Source: Pristiophorus japonicus
Taxonomy: Eukaryota
DNA: 64,000 nt
NCBI RefSeq assembly: GCF_044704955.1
Contig: NC_091988.1
Span: 93,124,001 to 93,188,000 of the forward strand
Direction of reading: 5' to 3'
Shown: one piece after another, positions 36,586 through 48,623 of the stretch
Position numbering within the stretch: the first letter of the stretch is position 1
Layout of the letters: each line of letters opens with the position of its first letter
Position numbers and translations under genes: made by a program
The notes under the pieces: model-generated
What the model was told of the DNA's origin: nothing
What the model saw: only the letters and a program-made list of their open reading frames with translations
Databases searched by the model: none

Positions 36586-36798
36586 TGTTAAGCTCAAAAT
36601 AAAATAATGTAACTGAGTACTGTAGACGCGAGTAAGTGTGACCTTAGCTCCTTTATTCAAACTCCAGAGTGTTGGTACAGCGTGGGAGACCTGCTTATAT
36701 ACAGTGCTCCCAAGGGATGCTGGGATCCTTTGGGACTCCAACAGGTGGGCCCTCTGGTGGCGGTGTGATACAGATTGCCTAGGGTTGCATACATAACA
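36586..36798 (-). repeat. 5' LTR of the minus-strand Gypsy element
   Basis: Minus strand runs TGTTAT...AACA, contains TATATAA and AATAAA, and is followed by the PBS-like TGGCGACGAG and the gag ATG. Confidence 0.85.
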
Positions 36799-37379
36799 CA
36801 CACACTCACCGCCTCCCTCTGTCGGTCTCTCTCTCAGTATCTCCCTGTAAATTTCCTATCCTTTCAATAGTGAATATGCACAAGCATCTCTTTGTGATAC
36901 GCAGGTTGTGATATTTTTAAATGTTGCTTTTGGATTGGTTTATAAATCTGACGAGGTTGATGCGGAACTTCTATCTAATTGGTGTAGAGTTAAAGCACAA
37001 AAATACTATCCGTCTACAGACTGTCATGATTTTTAAAAGCTGGCTGAGTAACTGAAATACTCCCCGTCTCCCATTCCTCCTAATTCCATCTGTCCCTAGA
37101 GCAGCAATGCAAACATGTCAGCAATGATGAGGATTTGATAGCATTAATTGTGAAGCTCCCTTTTTATAAACGTTTCCTCGCCTTCCTGCTTCATGGCTGT
37201 GAAGGCAGTGATTAATGTCAGCCACTAGGGTGTGCTCAAGAGCAGTCAAGGCTGTGTCTGTCGCTCTCTGACTTCCCCTCTGTCCAAATATATTGCATTT
37301 TCTGACCTGTGTCATCTCTCGCTTTCTCACTCTCACCCTGTGCTTTCTGTCATTATCTTTCCCCCCTCTTTTTTTTCTT

Positions 37380-38455
37380 GCTGTCTCTTCCTCCTCCTCT
37401 TCCACCTTCTCTCCCTCCCCCTCCCCTCTCTTCCTCCCCCTCTGCTCTCTTCCACCCCCTCCCCTCTTCCTAACCCCTCCCCCTCTCTACCGCTCCCCCT
37501 CTCTCCCCCTCTCGCCCCCACCCCCTCTCTCTGCCCCTCCCCTTATCTCCCCCCTCCCCTTTCCCCCTCCTCCTCCCTCTCCCTCCCCCCCTCTGTTTCT
37601 TCACCCCTCCTCCCTCTCTTCTCCCCCTCCCCTCTCTTCTCCCCTTCCCTCTCTTCTCCACCCCGCCCCTCTCTTCTCCCCCCCCGCTCCTCTCTCCCCC
37701 CCGTCCCTCTCTTCTCCACCCCGCCCCTCTCTTCTCCCCCCCGCTCCTCTCTCCCCCCGTCCCTCTCTTCTCTCCCCCTTCCCTCTCTTCTCTCCCCCGC
37801 CTGTCTCTCCTCCCCGCCCGTCTCTTCTCCCTGCCCCTCTCTCTCCCCCCCCGCCCCTCTCTCTCCCCCGCCCCTCTCTCCTCTCCCCCGCCCCTCTCTT
37901 CTCCCCCCACCCCTCTCTTCTACCCCCCGCTCCTCTCTCCCCCCACCCCTCTCTTCTCTCCCCCCCGCCCCTCTCCTCTCTCCCTCCCCTCTCTTCTCCC
38001 CCCCCCGCCCGTCTCTCCTCCCCGCCCCTCTCTTCTCTCCCCCGCCCCTCTCTTCTCTCCCCCTCCCCTCTCTTCTCCCCCCCGCCCCTCTCCTCTCTCC
38101 CTCCCCTCTCTTCTCCCCCCCCCGCCCGTCTCTCCTCCCCGCCCCTCTCTTCTCTCCCCCCGCCCCTCTCTTCTCTCCCCCTCCCCTCTCTTCTCCCCCC
38201 CTCCTCTCTTCTCCCCCCCTCCCCTCTCTTCTGCCCCCCGCCCCTCTCTCCCGCCCCCCGCCCCTCTCTTCTCCCCTCGCCCCTCTCTCTCCCCCCTCCC
38301 CCTCTCTCTCCCCCCTGCCCCTCTCTCTCCCCCCGTCCCCTCTCTCTTCTCCCCTCCTCTCTCTCTCTCTCTCTCCACCCCTCCTCTCTATCCCCTCCCT
38401 TCTCTCTCTCGCTCTCTCCCCTCTCTCCACCACCCCCCCTCTCTCTCCCCCCTAT
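37380..38455. repeat. ~1.07-kb polypyrimidine/polypurine low-complexity tract
   Basis: Almost entirely C/T on +, with recurring ccccgcccctctcttctc units. Source of the spurious Pro/Ser/Leu and Gly/Glu/Arg ORFs. Confidence 0.95.
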
Positions 38456-40899
38456 TGGACAGCTGGTCCAATCTTGCTTCTGATCATCCAGACTGACAGA
38501 AGAGAAAGGCTTGCGACTAACTGTAACAGACAAGAGCTGTGTGATGTGGGGACAGGTTTGTGTCAGACAAGAGCACACAGCTATGACTGACATTGAGCGA
38601 GCCGGATCCCAATAGCTCATAATGTGGCCTTGATCGGGACCTGTTACCTTTTAGAATGGATAAGATACCTGGAGTTGGTGGGGACAGTGGGAAACTACTT
38701 TTAGTTGGTGTTGAGACCGACTGCTGATGGCGAATGTGCTCAGCACAATTGGCACACTGGGATATTGATGACTGGGTTTTAATCACTGATCTTTTCTGGA
38801 GCGATAATCCATAGTTAGCCCCTGGGATGTCACTCAGTCTGCATTATTAGATTGTTTTGACATTGATGTAGAATGCCAGTTGTTCTCTTCTTTCCAACAG
38901 CACCATTTACAGACTTGATCTGAACCCTGACCTCTGACCTGGCGGACACCATCTCACCTGGAGTCCCGTCAACAAGTGCACGCTAATCATAAACAGCAAA
39001 TCGTTAACCAAACGAGGGGAGTAAAATCGCTCCAGTTCGCCTCTTGACAGTCCTTGGCCTCGGCGAGCCTGGTAATTTATTATTGGAAATGGATACTGAT
39101 CATTTTGCAAACTATAAACTGCAGAGTAACTATTGAAAGATCAAACGCACAAGAATCAGCACTTGTAGTGCCGGAAGAATTGTGTTGTGTGACAAGTCTT
39201 TCGTGATTGCTGGAAGGCTTTTGATTATATGTGGGTGTTATAGTTTGGGCTTTCGCCCAATGTTTACCTCCTGCTCATGAGTGGTGTCCAATTTACATAA
39301 TCTACACAATCCCTTATGCAGCAAAAACTTGCCTCCATTTTCTGAGTGAGCTTTAATTATTAACCCATGAATCGAGGCCAATTGCGCTTTGCAAAATATA
39401 TGTGATGTCCACCCACCTCGCACAGCAGAAAATAACACACTGCCGGACCAATGCAAACAGGCTAAATTACTTGGTCGGATTTATTTATAAGCAAAATAAC
39501 ATACCAAAGCAAAAAATGAATACCAAGAATATAATAACCAAACTTGCATAGTATGTAAACAAGAAAAGACAAAGTTTGAAATCTTTTCCACTTTTCTCAG
39601 CAAATTCATCATAATAAAAAAAACATTTTTGGGGGGAATTTTTTTCCTCACAGACCGCTACAGTGGTGTGGCAAAATGGGCAACTTGGGACCCTGAGAGG
39701 GTATCGGGGCAACTTTATAACCCAGTCTTTGAAGTAAAAGCAGACTCTGTGAAGATTTGCTGTCAACAAAGCCACTTCACAGCCACCCATGCGTTAATGT
39801 TAAGAAGTGAGTCTCCACTTGGAGTTTACACCACCTCTGATGTGCTGGCTCGTGACACGTGACAGGAATTTGAAAACACGACTCCATCTGTGTAAGTGGG
39901 CTGGAATTAGAGAATATCGTGCCGTGTTCGTTAAAGACCCTACAGTCTGCCAATAGCTGGGGCTCTGAGCCAGGCGCACCAGAGTAAATGCTCTAATTGG
40001 GCTTCCGATTGAGTATCGGTTGGGTACTGGACTATGAGAACCTGCCCAGCCATACATCCAGTGGATGAGGCCCCAGCACCTACTAGGCCTGCCGTTGGAA
40101 ACTTGGCTGGTAAGTGAAGCTAATAATGAGGAGAGTGGCCCTCTCCAGGATATGCGCTCCACAGGGCAGCGTTCCTGAACCAGGTAGAGGCAGGGAAACT
40201 GGGGACATATCTGACCTGTATTGCACCTGGCAGAGCCAGTCTTATGGTGCGCATTATCTAAAATGCGTTGTGGGCTGGTGTGGTATCTGCTGATTCTCTG
40301 CATACTTTCGAGAGGGAGCTGGACCGGTTCTTGACTGGGGCAGAGACAGCATTGTAAGAAGGTAAGCGGGTTTACAGATAACACGCAGTCCATGTGATCT
40401 GGGCTGGTTTTAATCGTCTGAGTGGGTCGGAGAGGACTTTTTCCCCTTTTATCAGCCGTGGGTTTTTCTCTTAGAGCCAACCAGATTGGTTAGAGGATGG
40501 GACTGGGGAAATATGAACCAATAAATCGGACGCTGCTTTCTCCTGAAGATAGTTGTTCATAAACATGAAGTCGGCATGCTTTAAGATGAGCTGATGGTTT
40601 CTGAGAGTTCCAGTTCCAGATCAGATTTATTTAGTGTTTGTCTCCAAAAAAAATAATATAACAAAGAAGCTGAAAAGATCAATTACATTTTCTGATCCAT
40701 GATCTGCTATTATCCTATGTGACGGTTTGACTTCTTCAAGACTAATTACAGGTTTTTTTTTGAGAGAAGGAGAAAGTTTCCTGTGAACCGGAGCAGGCCG
40801 TTCAGCCCTTCGGGCCTCCTCCGGCATTCAGTTAGATCATGGCCAATCTATACCTCAACTCACTCCCCGCCTTCGCTCCATATCCCTGATACCCCTGTG

Positions 40900-41845
40900 A
40901 TATAGATCAATGCAGGGGGCATGATGAAGAAGTTTGCAGATGTTACAAAAATTGGCCGTGTGATTGATAGTGAGGAAGAAAGCTGTAGACTGCAGGAAGA
41001 TATCAGTGAACTGGTCAGATGGGCAGAACAGTGACCAATGGAATTCAGTCTGGAAAAGTGTGAGGTAATGCATTTGGGGAGGGCAAATAGGACAAGGGAA
41101 TACACGTTAAACGGTTGGATATCGAGAAGTGTCGAGGACCAGAGGGTCCTTGGAGTGCAAGTCCACAGATCCTTGAAGGTAGCAGGGCAGGTAGTTAAGG
41201 TGGCTAAGAAAGCATATGAAATACTTGCCTTTATTAGCCAAGGCATAGAATATAGGAGCAGGGAAGGTATGCTTGAACTGTATAAAACACTAGTTAGGCC
41301 ACAGCTAGAGTACTGTGTGCAGTTCTGGTCACCACATTACAGGAAAGATGTGATTGCACTAGAGAGGGTGCAGGGGAGATTTACGAGGATGTTGCCAGGA
41401 CTGGAGATTTTTAACTAGGAGGAAATATTCGATAAGCTGGGGGTATTTTCTTTGGAACAGTGGAGGCTGCGTGGTGACTTAATTGAGTTTCTAAAGGCCT
41501 AGATAGAGTGGATAGGAAGCACTTATTTTCCTTAGCAGAGAGGTCAATAACCAGGGGACATAGATTTAAAGTAATTGGTAGAAGGATTAGAGGGGTGTTG
41601 AGGAGACTTTTTCACCCAGAGGGTGGTGGGGGTCTGGAACTCACTGCCTGAAAGGGTGGTAGAGGCAGAAACCCTCATCACATTTAACAAATATTTGGAT
41701 GTGCACTTAAAGAGCCGTTAACTGCAAGGCTGCGGACCGAGAGCTGGAAAGTAGGATTAGGCTGTATAGCTCTTTTGACGGGCGCAGACACGTTGGGCTA
41801 AATGGCCTCCTTCTATGCCATAAATTTATATAATTCTATATGATT
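40900..41845 (+). mobile_element. 5'-truncated CR1, same type as 14965-17590
   Basis: KCEVMHLG, LYKTLVRPQLEYCVQFWSP; tail ttctatatgattc. Preceded by a minus-strand CR1 tail (~40785-40900). Confidence 0.85.
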
Positions 41846-41939
41846 CCAACAAAAATCTACCGATCTTGGTCTGGCTTGCTCCAATTGTCCCAGCATCCAA
41901 GGCCTATTGGGGGAAGAGACTTCCAGAGGATACTTCCAC

Positions 41940-42265
41940 TCAGGGGTAACTAAAACTAGGGGACATAGTCTTAGAATAAGGGGTCTCCCATTTAGAACTG
42001 AGATGAGGAGGAATTTCTTCTCTCAGAGGGTTGTAAATCTATGGAATTCTCTGCCCCAGAGAGCTGTGGAGGCTGAGTCATTGAATATATTTAAGTTGGA
42101 GATAGACAGATTTTTGAGTGATAAGGGAGTAAGTAAAGGGTTATGGGGAGCGGGCAAGGAAGTGGAGCTGAGCCCAAGATCAGATCAGCCATGATCTTAT
42201 TGAATGGTGGAGCAGGCTCGAGGGGCCAAATGGCCGACTCCTCTCCTATTTTTTATGTTCTTATT
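41940..42265 (+). mobile_element. CR1 3' end
   Basis: TRGHSLRIRG...FFSQRVVNLWNSLPQ and a ttatgttctta tail. Confidence 0.85.
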
Positions 42266-43234
42266 TCTCCTACACCATTATCTGGAGGTAAGATACAGAC
42301 CTGCTTTGATCCCATTGCATGACGGACAGGCTCGCTGGGCCGACTGGCCCACTCCTGTTTCATCCTTCGCTAGAATTGGCCGGGTTTCAACATAAAACGT
42401 TGATCGGATTCTACTACAGTGTGCTTGTGTGGTGTGTGACAGTTGAACCATTGCCTGTTTATCAAGTTGTGTAACTTTGCCAGTGATTTTTGTTTCAGCA
42501 TTCTGGTGGTGCAGGCTCCTTTGCTAACGTGCAATAACCGGTAGGAGAGGCTGCACCTTATGTGACCGAGCACTCAGCGTCCGTAGGGAAATGTGAAGAA
42601 GGACAATAAGCAGTAAAATAGATTGCAAACATCAGGCTGCAGGCAATGTCAAACCTCACTGAGAAGTGCAGCATTCTGCTCCTGGCGCCTGTCCGTGCAG
42701 GTTTTCATACACCGTTTTTTACTGATTACAGCGTATAATGAATTTGATCTCCAGTTCAAGAGTCTAAATCTTTTCGACAGGGTTGAGATTTTGATCAATG
42801 TCCTCCGAACGTGTTAAGCATTTGTCCACAATGATCAGCAGCGCTAATTTATAGCCTCCTGTCTCAAAGTTTAAAATAACACAGGACACTGCACAGTAGG
42901 CTGATCGGCATGTAAAAGAGGAAAAGGTGGGTTACAGTCCGTGTCTAACCCTCCATTTGAGCTCGCTTCGATGAGATTGACTTGCCCTTATTGCTCCGGT
43001 ATCTATTAAAAATAAAAGTTATCTAGGTAAAATAGTTCAGTCAGCACTTCCTTAATCCAACTAATGCCCTCCTGCCTCCAGCTCTAGGCTGCCATGGTCT
43101 AGGACAGGGGCAGATGTGATAGTGCGCCAGTTTGTCAATGTGGAATACATCGCTGCTTGGATTAAGGTAGGTGTGTGTTGCAATAGATTTCAGTTCAGAA
43201 ATTAACAGGATGGGAGACTTTCAGGTTAGGCATG

Positions 43235-43640
43235 ACCCATCAGCCCTGTGCTCGCTGACCTACATTGGCTCCCAGTCCCCCAACGCCTCGATTTTAAAAT
43301 TCTCATCCTAGTGTTCATATCCCTCTGTGGCCTCACCCCTCTCTATCTCTGTAACCTCCTCCAGCCCTACAATCCTCCGAGATCTCTGTGCTCCTCCAAC
43401 TCTGGCCTCTTGTGCATCCTCCACTTTCGTCGCCCCACCATTGGCGGTCTTGCCCTAAGCTCTTGAATTCCCACCCTGAACCTCGCCCCCCCCTCTTCAC
43501 CTCCCTCCTCCTTCAGACGTTTCTTAAAACCTACCTCTACAAACAAGCTTTTGGTCACCTGCCCTAATGTCTCCTCCTTTGGGTTGGTGTCGATTTTTGA
43601 TTAATTACTCTCCCGTGAGGTGCCTTGAGTCGTTTTGCTG
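43235..43640 (+). mobile_element. L2 3' end
   Basis: LADLHWLPVPQRLDFKIL and an L2 3' UTR. Confidence 0.85.
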
Positions 43641-43797
43641 CATTAAAGGTGCTATGTACCACAAAAAACTTGCATTTATATAGCTTGCAAAGTAGAATTA
43701 CAGTAGCATCCAAATTGCATAAAATACACCCAATAAAGTGCTAAGAATGAACATTTTCAGATGTTCATATTCCCAGACCTTGGACAATAAACAGCAG

Positions 43798-44230
43798 ATT
43801 TTAACTTTCAGCAGTGGCAGAAAATGGGCATTAGCAGATCTGTCACCCTTTGCACTCCCATTTAAAAAAAAATGTTCCTGCAAAGAGAGCATTTATTGCC
43901 CATCCCTAATTGCCCTTGAGAGGGTGGTAGCGAGCCGCCTTCTGGAACCCCTGCAGTCCGTGTGTGAAGGTGCTCCCACAGTGCTGTTAGGGAAGGAGTT
44001 CCAGGATTTTGACCCAGCGACGATGAAGGAACGGCGATACCTTTCCAAGTCAGGATGGTGTGCGACTTGGAGGGGAACTTGGGGGTGGTGGTGTTCCCAT
44101 GTGCCTGCTGCCCTTGTCCTTCTAGGTGGTAGAGGTCGCGGGTTTGGGAGAACAATGGAAAGGAACATCAGGTGGGGTGTATAACTGGTGTCTGCTTCTG
44201 CCTGTTTGCACCACCACTGAAAGTTAAAAT
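43798..44230. mobile_element. Small TIR-bounded element carrying a nested LINE 3' end (~43890-44150, minus)
   Basis: attttaactttcagcagtgg at the left and ccaccactgaaagttaaaat at the right form an imperfect inverted repeat. The insert matches window positions 1-230. Confidence 0.55.
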
Positions 44231-44231
44231 A

Positions 44232-45599
44232 TGTCTCCAGTCCAACAAGGAAGGAAGCCGAGTTCGATCTGGTTATAGGGAATGGAGTAGGGCAAATGGA
44301 GTGTGTTACAGTTGGAGATCATCTCGCTAACAGTGGCCACAAAATAATTTGGTTTAAAGTATTATGGAAAGAGACCATAAAATATCGAAGGTAAAAATGC
44401 TCAACTGGGGAAGAGCTAATTTTAGTGATTTAAGAATGGGCCTAGCACAGATAGATTAGAAAAGGTGATTGCAGGGTAAAGCAGTAATGGAGCAATGGAG
44501 GGCGATCAGGGAAGAGACAGTTCAGGTACAAACTAGGCATATTCCTTTGAAGGGAAAAGGTACAGTATCCAAAGATAATGTGCCCTGGATGGAAGAATTT
44601 TTTTAGAAACAGAAAAAGGAGGCTTATGGCAAATGCCAGAAAGATTATGGAAAGAACATGAGGGAATTGAAAAATTTAATACGGGAGCCAGAGAGAGGTT
44701 ACGAGAAAAGATTAGCAGGCAGCATTAAATTGAACCCTAAAACATTTATTCAACACATAAAATGTAAGGGGTTACCTAGGGGAAAAGTTGGGCCTGTTAA
44801 GAACCCAAAGGATATCTTCAAGTAGAGGCAGAGGACATGGCTAAAGTATTAAATAAGTACTTTGCATCTGTCTTCACAAAAGAAGCGGAAGATGTGAAGG
44901 TTACACTAAAAAAAGGAGAGGGAAGTTATGGACAGGATAGTAAGAGATAGAGAAGATGCACTAAAAAGATTAGCATTAGTGCCAGCTGTGGCTCAGTGGG
45001 TAGCACTCTCACCTCTGAGTCAGCAGGTTGTGGGTTCAAGTCCCACTCCAGGGACTTGAGCACATAAATCTAGGCTAACATTCCAGTGCAGTGCTGAAGG
45101 GGTGCTACACTGTCGGAGGTGCCACCTTTCGGATGAGATGTTAAACCGAAGCCTCGTCTGCCTCTCAGATGTATGTAAAATATCCCATTGCACTATTCCG
45201 AAGAAGAGCAGAGGAGTTATTCCCAGTGTCCTGGCCAATATTTATTCCTTAAGCAAAAACAGATTATCTGGTCATTATCGCATTGCTGTTTGTGGAAGCC
45301 TGTTTTGCACAAATTGGCTGCCGTGTTTCCCACATTACATAGAAACATAGAAAATAGGTGCAGGAGTAGGCCATTCGGCCCTTACAACAGTGACTACACT
45401 CCAAAGGTATTTCATTGGCTGTAAAGCGCTTTGAGACGTCTGGTGGCCGTGAAAGGCGCTATATAAATGCAAGTCTTTCTATTACTGAAAATTGGTAAGT
45501 CACCTGGTTCGGATGGACTGCTCTTATAAAGAGCAGGTGCAGCTATTGGTACAATAGCCTGAATGGCCTCCTTCTGTGCTGTAAGTTTCTATGAATCTA
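44232..45599 (+). mobile_element. Old, internally deleted CR1 fragment, split by a Deu-SINE
   Basis: Endonuclease-RT linker sequence (aataagtactttgcatctgtcttcac) resumes at 45481 (aagtcacctggttcggatgg), then jumps to the CR1 tail. Confidence 0.6.
44979..45480 (+). mobile_element. Full-length Deu-domain SINE
   Basis: tRNA-type A box (tggctcagtggg) and B box (ggttcaagtcc), Deu core and L2-type tail. Contains a 42-bp CR1-tail insert at 45340-45381. Confidence 0.9.
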
Positions 45600-45927
45600 A
45601 GGCCTTCCATTCCGTCCTCGGCATTTCTAAATCCAACCATGTGTTGCACACTGCACTTTGGTGTACTTTATTTCTCTTTTCACCAGTTCAGTAAAGGTGA
45701 GAGAATGCTGGAATTATGTGAAACTTATATTATACGTGTCCCACTGCACTTTCATTCTCGCTCCTTGTCTTCATGTGTCGTTAGGTCGATATTCCGTTTT
45801 TGCCTGCTTTCTAGTTTGGCCTTTCAGCAGTGTGGATAGTATGATAAAGGCACTATGTAAATGCAAATTATTTTTTTTAAGTGTGTCATGCAAACATCAC
45901 CACGCCCCAGTATTCAAAATTGGCTCC

Positions 45928-46315
45928 TACATAGAATTAGTAGCACAGGAACAGGCCGTTCGGCCCAACTGATTCACGCTGCTGTTTATGCTCCACACGA
46001 GGCTCATCTCACCAGATCAACATAACCTACTATTCCTTTCTCTCCCATATGCTTATCTAGCTTCCCCTTAACTGCATCTACTATTTGCTTCTGCCGCTCC
46101 ATGTGGGAGCGAGTTCCACATGCTAACCACTCTCTGGGTAAAGAAGTTCCTCCTGAATTATTTATTAGTGAGTATCTTATTTATGACCCCTAGTTTCGGG
46201 ACTCGCCCACAAGCAGAAACATATTCTCTACGTTTACCCTATCGAACTCCTTCATAGTTATAATGACATCTGTTACGTCAGCCCTCAGCCTTCTCGCTCC
46301 CAGAGAAGAGAGACC
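45928..46315 (-). mobile_element. Old CR1 3' end
   Basis: Similar to 11455-11735 and 12685-12830 (acatagaatta...acaggccgttcggcccaact). Confidence 0.7.
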
Positions 46316-47079
46316 CTGTAATCTAGAAAGCTGTATTTGGACTAGAAGATGGTTAATGATTGGAGGGGAAAAAGTGATTGGTTTGAAAATATCTGCATTA
46401 GAAAGTCATTGAGGTAAGTTCAGGTGGCCTTTTAAAGCCAGGTACTGTAGACACGGTAAATGTTGCTGATACTTGTAAAGCAATATTTAAAAGCAGTACA
46501 CAGGGTGAATTGCTTTTGGAAACATACTGATTCATATAGGCAAGCTCGCTAGCCTTTCTGTCAGTAACTTCCCCACAAATAGCCAAGTTAATCTGATTTT
46601 TTTTCTTGCCGCTGTTGGTTGAGGGAGAGATATTTGCTAGGACACCATGGAGAATTCTCCACTCTTTGAATAGTGCCACAGGCTGTTTAACATCCACCTG
46701 AGCCATTGGAACAGGCAGATGGGACCTGGGTTGAACATCTCCTCTGAAGGATGGCTCCTCTGACAATGCAGCACCCTAGTCCTTCTCCTGCCTGGCATGC
46801 TGCCCTCTGGGAAGGGTGTCTAGGAGTTGCCCAAATCCCATCTTCTTCTTGTAGCAGTATGTCCACGCTGCTGGCTATCAAACCGGGGAGGGGGAGGAGG
46901 TGGGGTTCAGGGTGAATGGGCTCCCCCGAAAGAGTGTGGGATTCCTTGGGTTTCTCACGGTGAAAAAGGCGCCATTAATACATCGCATGGAACAATTCAT
47001 GGGAGGCGCTTAGGGAATGTCCCGATTTCCCATATGGCCAATCCACCCCTGGCTGTTCCATCAGTAGCCCACAACCCCT

Positions 47080-47859
47080 GGGGCCGACATTGCCACCCAC
47101 CAGAAACACGGCGTACTTACCGTGTTTGAGCTGTTTTCACCACCGCGGAGGCTTCTTGCGTGAAATTCCGAGTGGCACGGGTTTTTTTTTTTAAGCGGAT
47201 TGGAAGTTGGTTATAATGGGGGCGGAAGTGCGGCGGTGGGCGGAAGATTACAGACTGGAGGGGCGGTAGTTGGGGTGGGCGGGCGAAGTGTTGGCCGCTG
47301 TCAGTCATCAGGCTGGTGCGTCACCACGTCTCTCCCCTTCACTTAAAGGGGAGGGCCACTGCGAGTTCTGCGATTCTTTTAGTTAGGTCCACTGGGCCAT
47401 TAAGGAGCGTTTCGGCCGGGCCAGTGGCCTGGCACCCAAGAGGGAGTGCCAGGCTGCCTGTTGGGGGCCCGGCCGAACCGGCGGGTCATAATTGTCGGGC
47501 CGACAATAAAAAGTAAGATGCGGCTGCGGCAGTGCACCCTCCCCTTTAATGGTGGCCACACCTCCATTTTGAACACACTCCAAGCACAGTGCACCGGCAG
47601 AAAAAACTGTTGGTGGCACCGAGCGGCAGCAGCAACATTTTCTCGAGGAATTTTGTGTTCGGGGGGGAGCACTGGCGGTGAGCGATCTGATGACGCACTT
47701 AGGACGGATCGACAGCAGCGGGGCGGAAATGGGTCACCGCCGGGATATCGCAGGAAGGACATTTTCAAAATGACGGCCATTCGACGAAAAATCAGCGGCC
47801 ATTCCAGTCCTCAGCGTGACTGCCGATTTCCGGCAGAGGGGAGGGGCAATTTTGGCCCC
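47080..47859. mobile_element. GC-rich non-autonomous TIR element (Harbinger-like MITE)
   Basis: Left ggggccgacattgcc, right ggcaattttggcccc. No transposase motif recognised. Confidence 0.7.
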
Positions 47860-48279
47860 TCTGTCTCCTGCCTCCACACTTGCTGTACCATTTATTGAGT
47901 ATTGCCAGCCAATTTGTCTCTAATTCCTTTTTGGAACGAATCAAACATGTGGCTAAGGCAGGTTTCGTGGCAACTTGTGTAGTTGCAGGGGAAATAAAAT
48001 GATTGTTGATGAATAACAAAGATACGAAGCTCTGAGGGAGTTCTGTAGTCACCAAGTATAATCCACCTATACAGTAAGGAAGACATAGCACTCTGGGAGG
48101 GAGGAAGACTACAGGAAAATTGCCAGTGATATTTTCCTGTAAATAATACGGAGCGGGAGTCAGTCTTGCAGGCGTGGTCTGTGTGTTTAATGCAAAATAT
48201 TTGGCAGCTGGGATATTCCTTCAGACCAGTACTGGATCATTCCAATTGCTGACTAACTGTGTGAGACCTACAGTCCAGC

Positions 48280-48497
48280 TTTTTTTTTTAAATATTCGTA
48301 GCCAATCTTTCCAATTCTTTGTCAAATCACAAACGCCAGAGGTCACCTTGCACACATCAAGCATCACTCTGCGCCAATGCTCTTAGCCAAAAGGCCTGGA
48401 AGTACTGCAATACCAGGTTCGTGCCATGGAGGTGGATGGGTCAGCACCCCCACACACCTCCGTGGAGGTGGATGGGTCAAGCCACCCCACCCACCTC
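48280..48497 (-). mobile_element. U2 snRNA-derived short retroposon (SINE-like), copy 2
   Basis: Near-identical to copy 1 apart from a 20-nt internal deletion. Poly(T) on + at 48280-48289; TSD ccagcttt at 48275-48282 and 48498-48505. Confidence 0.8.
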
Positions 48498-48623
48498 CCA
48501 GCTTTGGGGTACCCGAATGTAGTGGTCATCTTACTGCACTACTAACCCAGAGGCCTGGACTAATGAGATTTACATTCCTCCCCTCCCTTGCAAAGTGAGT
48601 GTGGGCCTTCGTTCAGTCGTAGC

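Larger units (their letters stand above)
31555..36798 (-). mobile_element. Degenerate Gypsy LTR retrotransposon (5' LTR, gag, protease, RT; 3'-truncated), split by a CR1
   Basis: gag (MQRTVGILEKFSEGDDWETFVERLDQY; QMLRDFFVLGI), RT (QDQYPLPK, FTKLDL, QSFLGLLNYFG). The host sequence rejoins across TSD gatgt. Confidence 0.9.

Noticed and set aside
37232-38620. Long ORFs of 296-452 aa rich in Pro/Ser/Leu or Gly/Glu/Arg
   Set aside because: They are open in several frames on both strands only because the C/T tract lacks stop codons. No domain is recognisable.
44979-45060. tRNA gene
   Set aside because: The A/B boxes belong to a SINE head that continues into the Deu core. The same applies to the other SINE copies.
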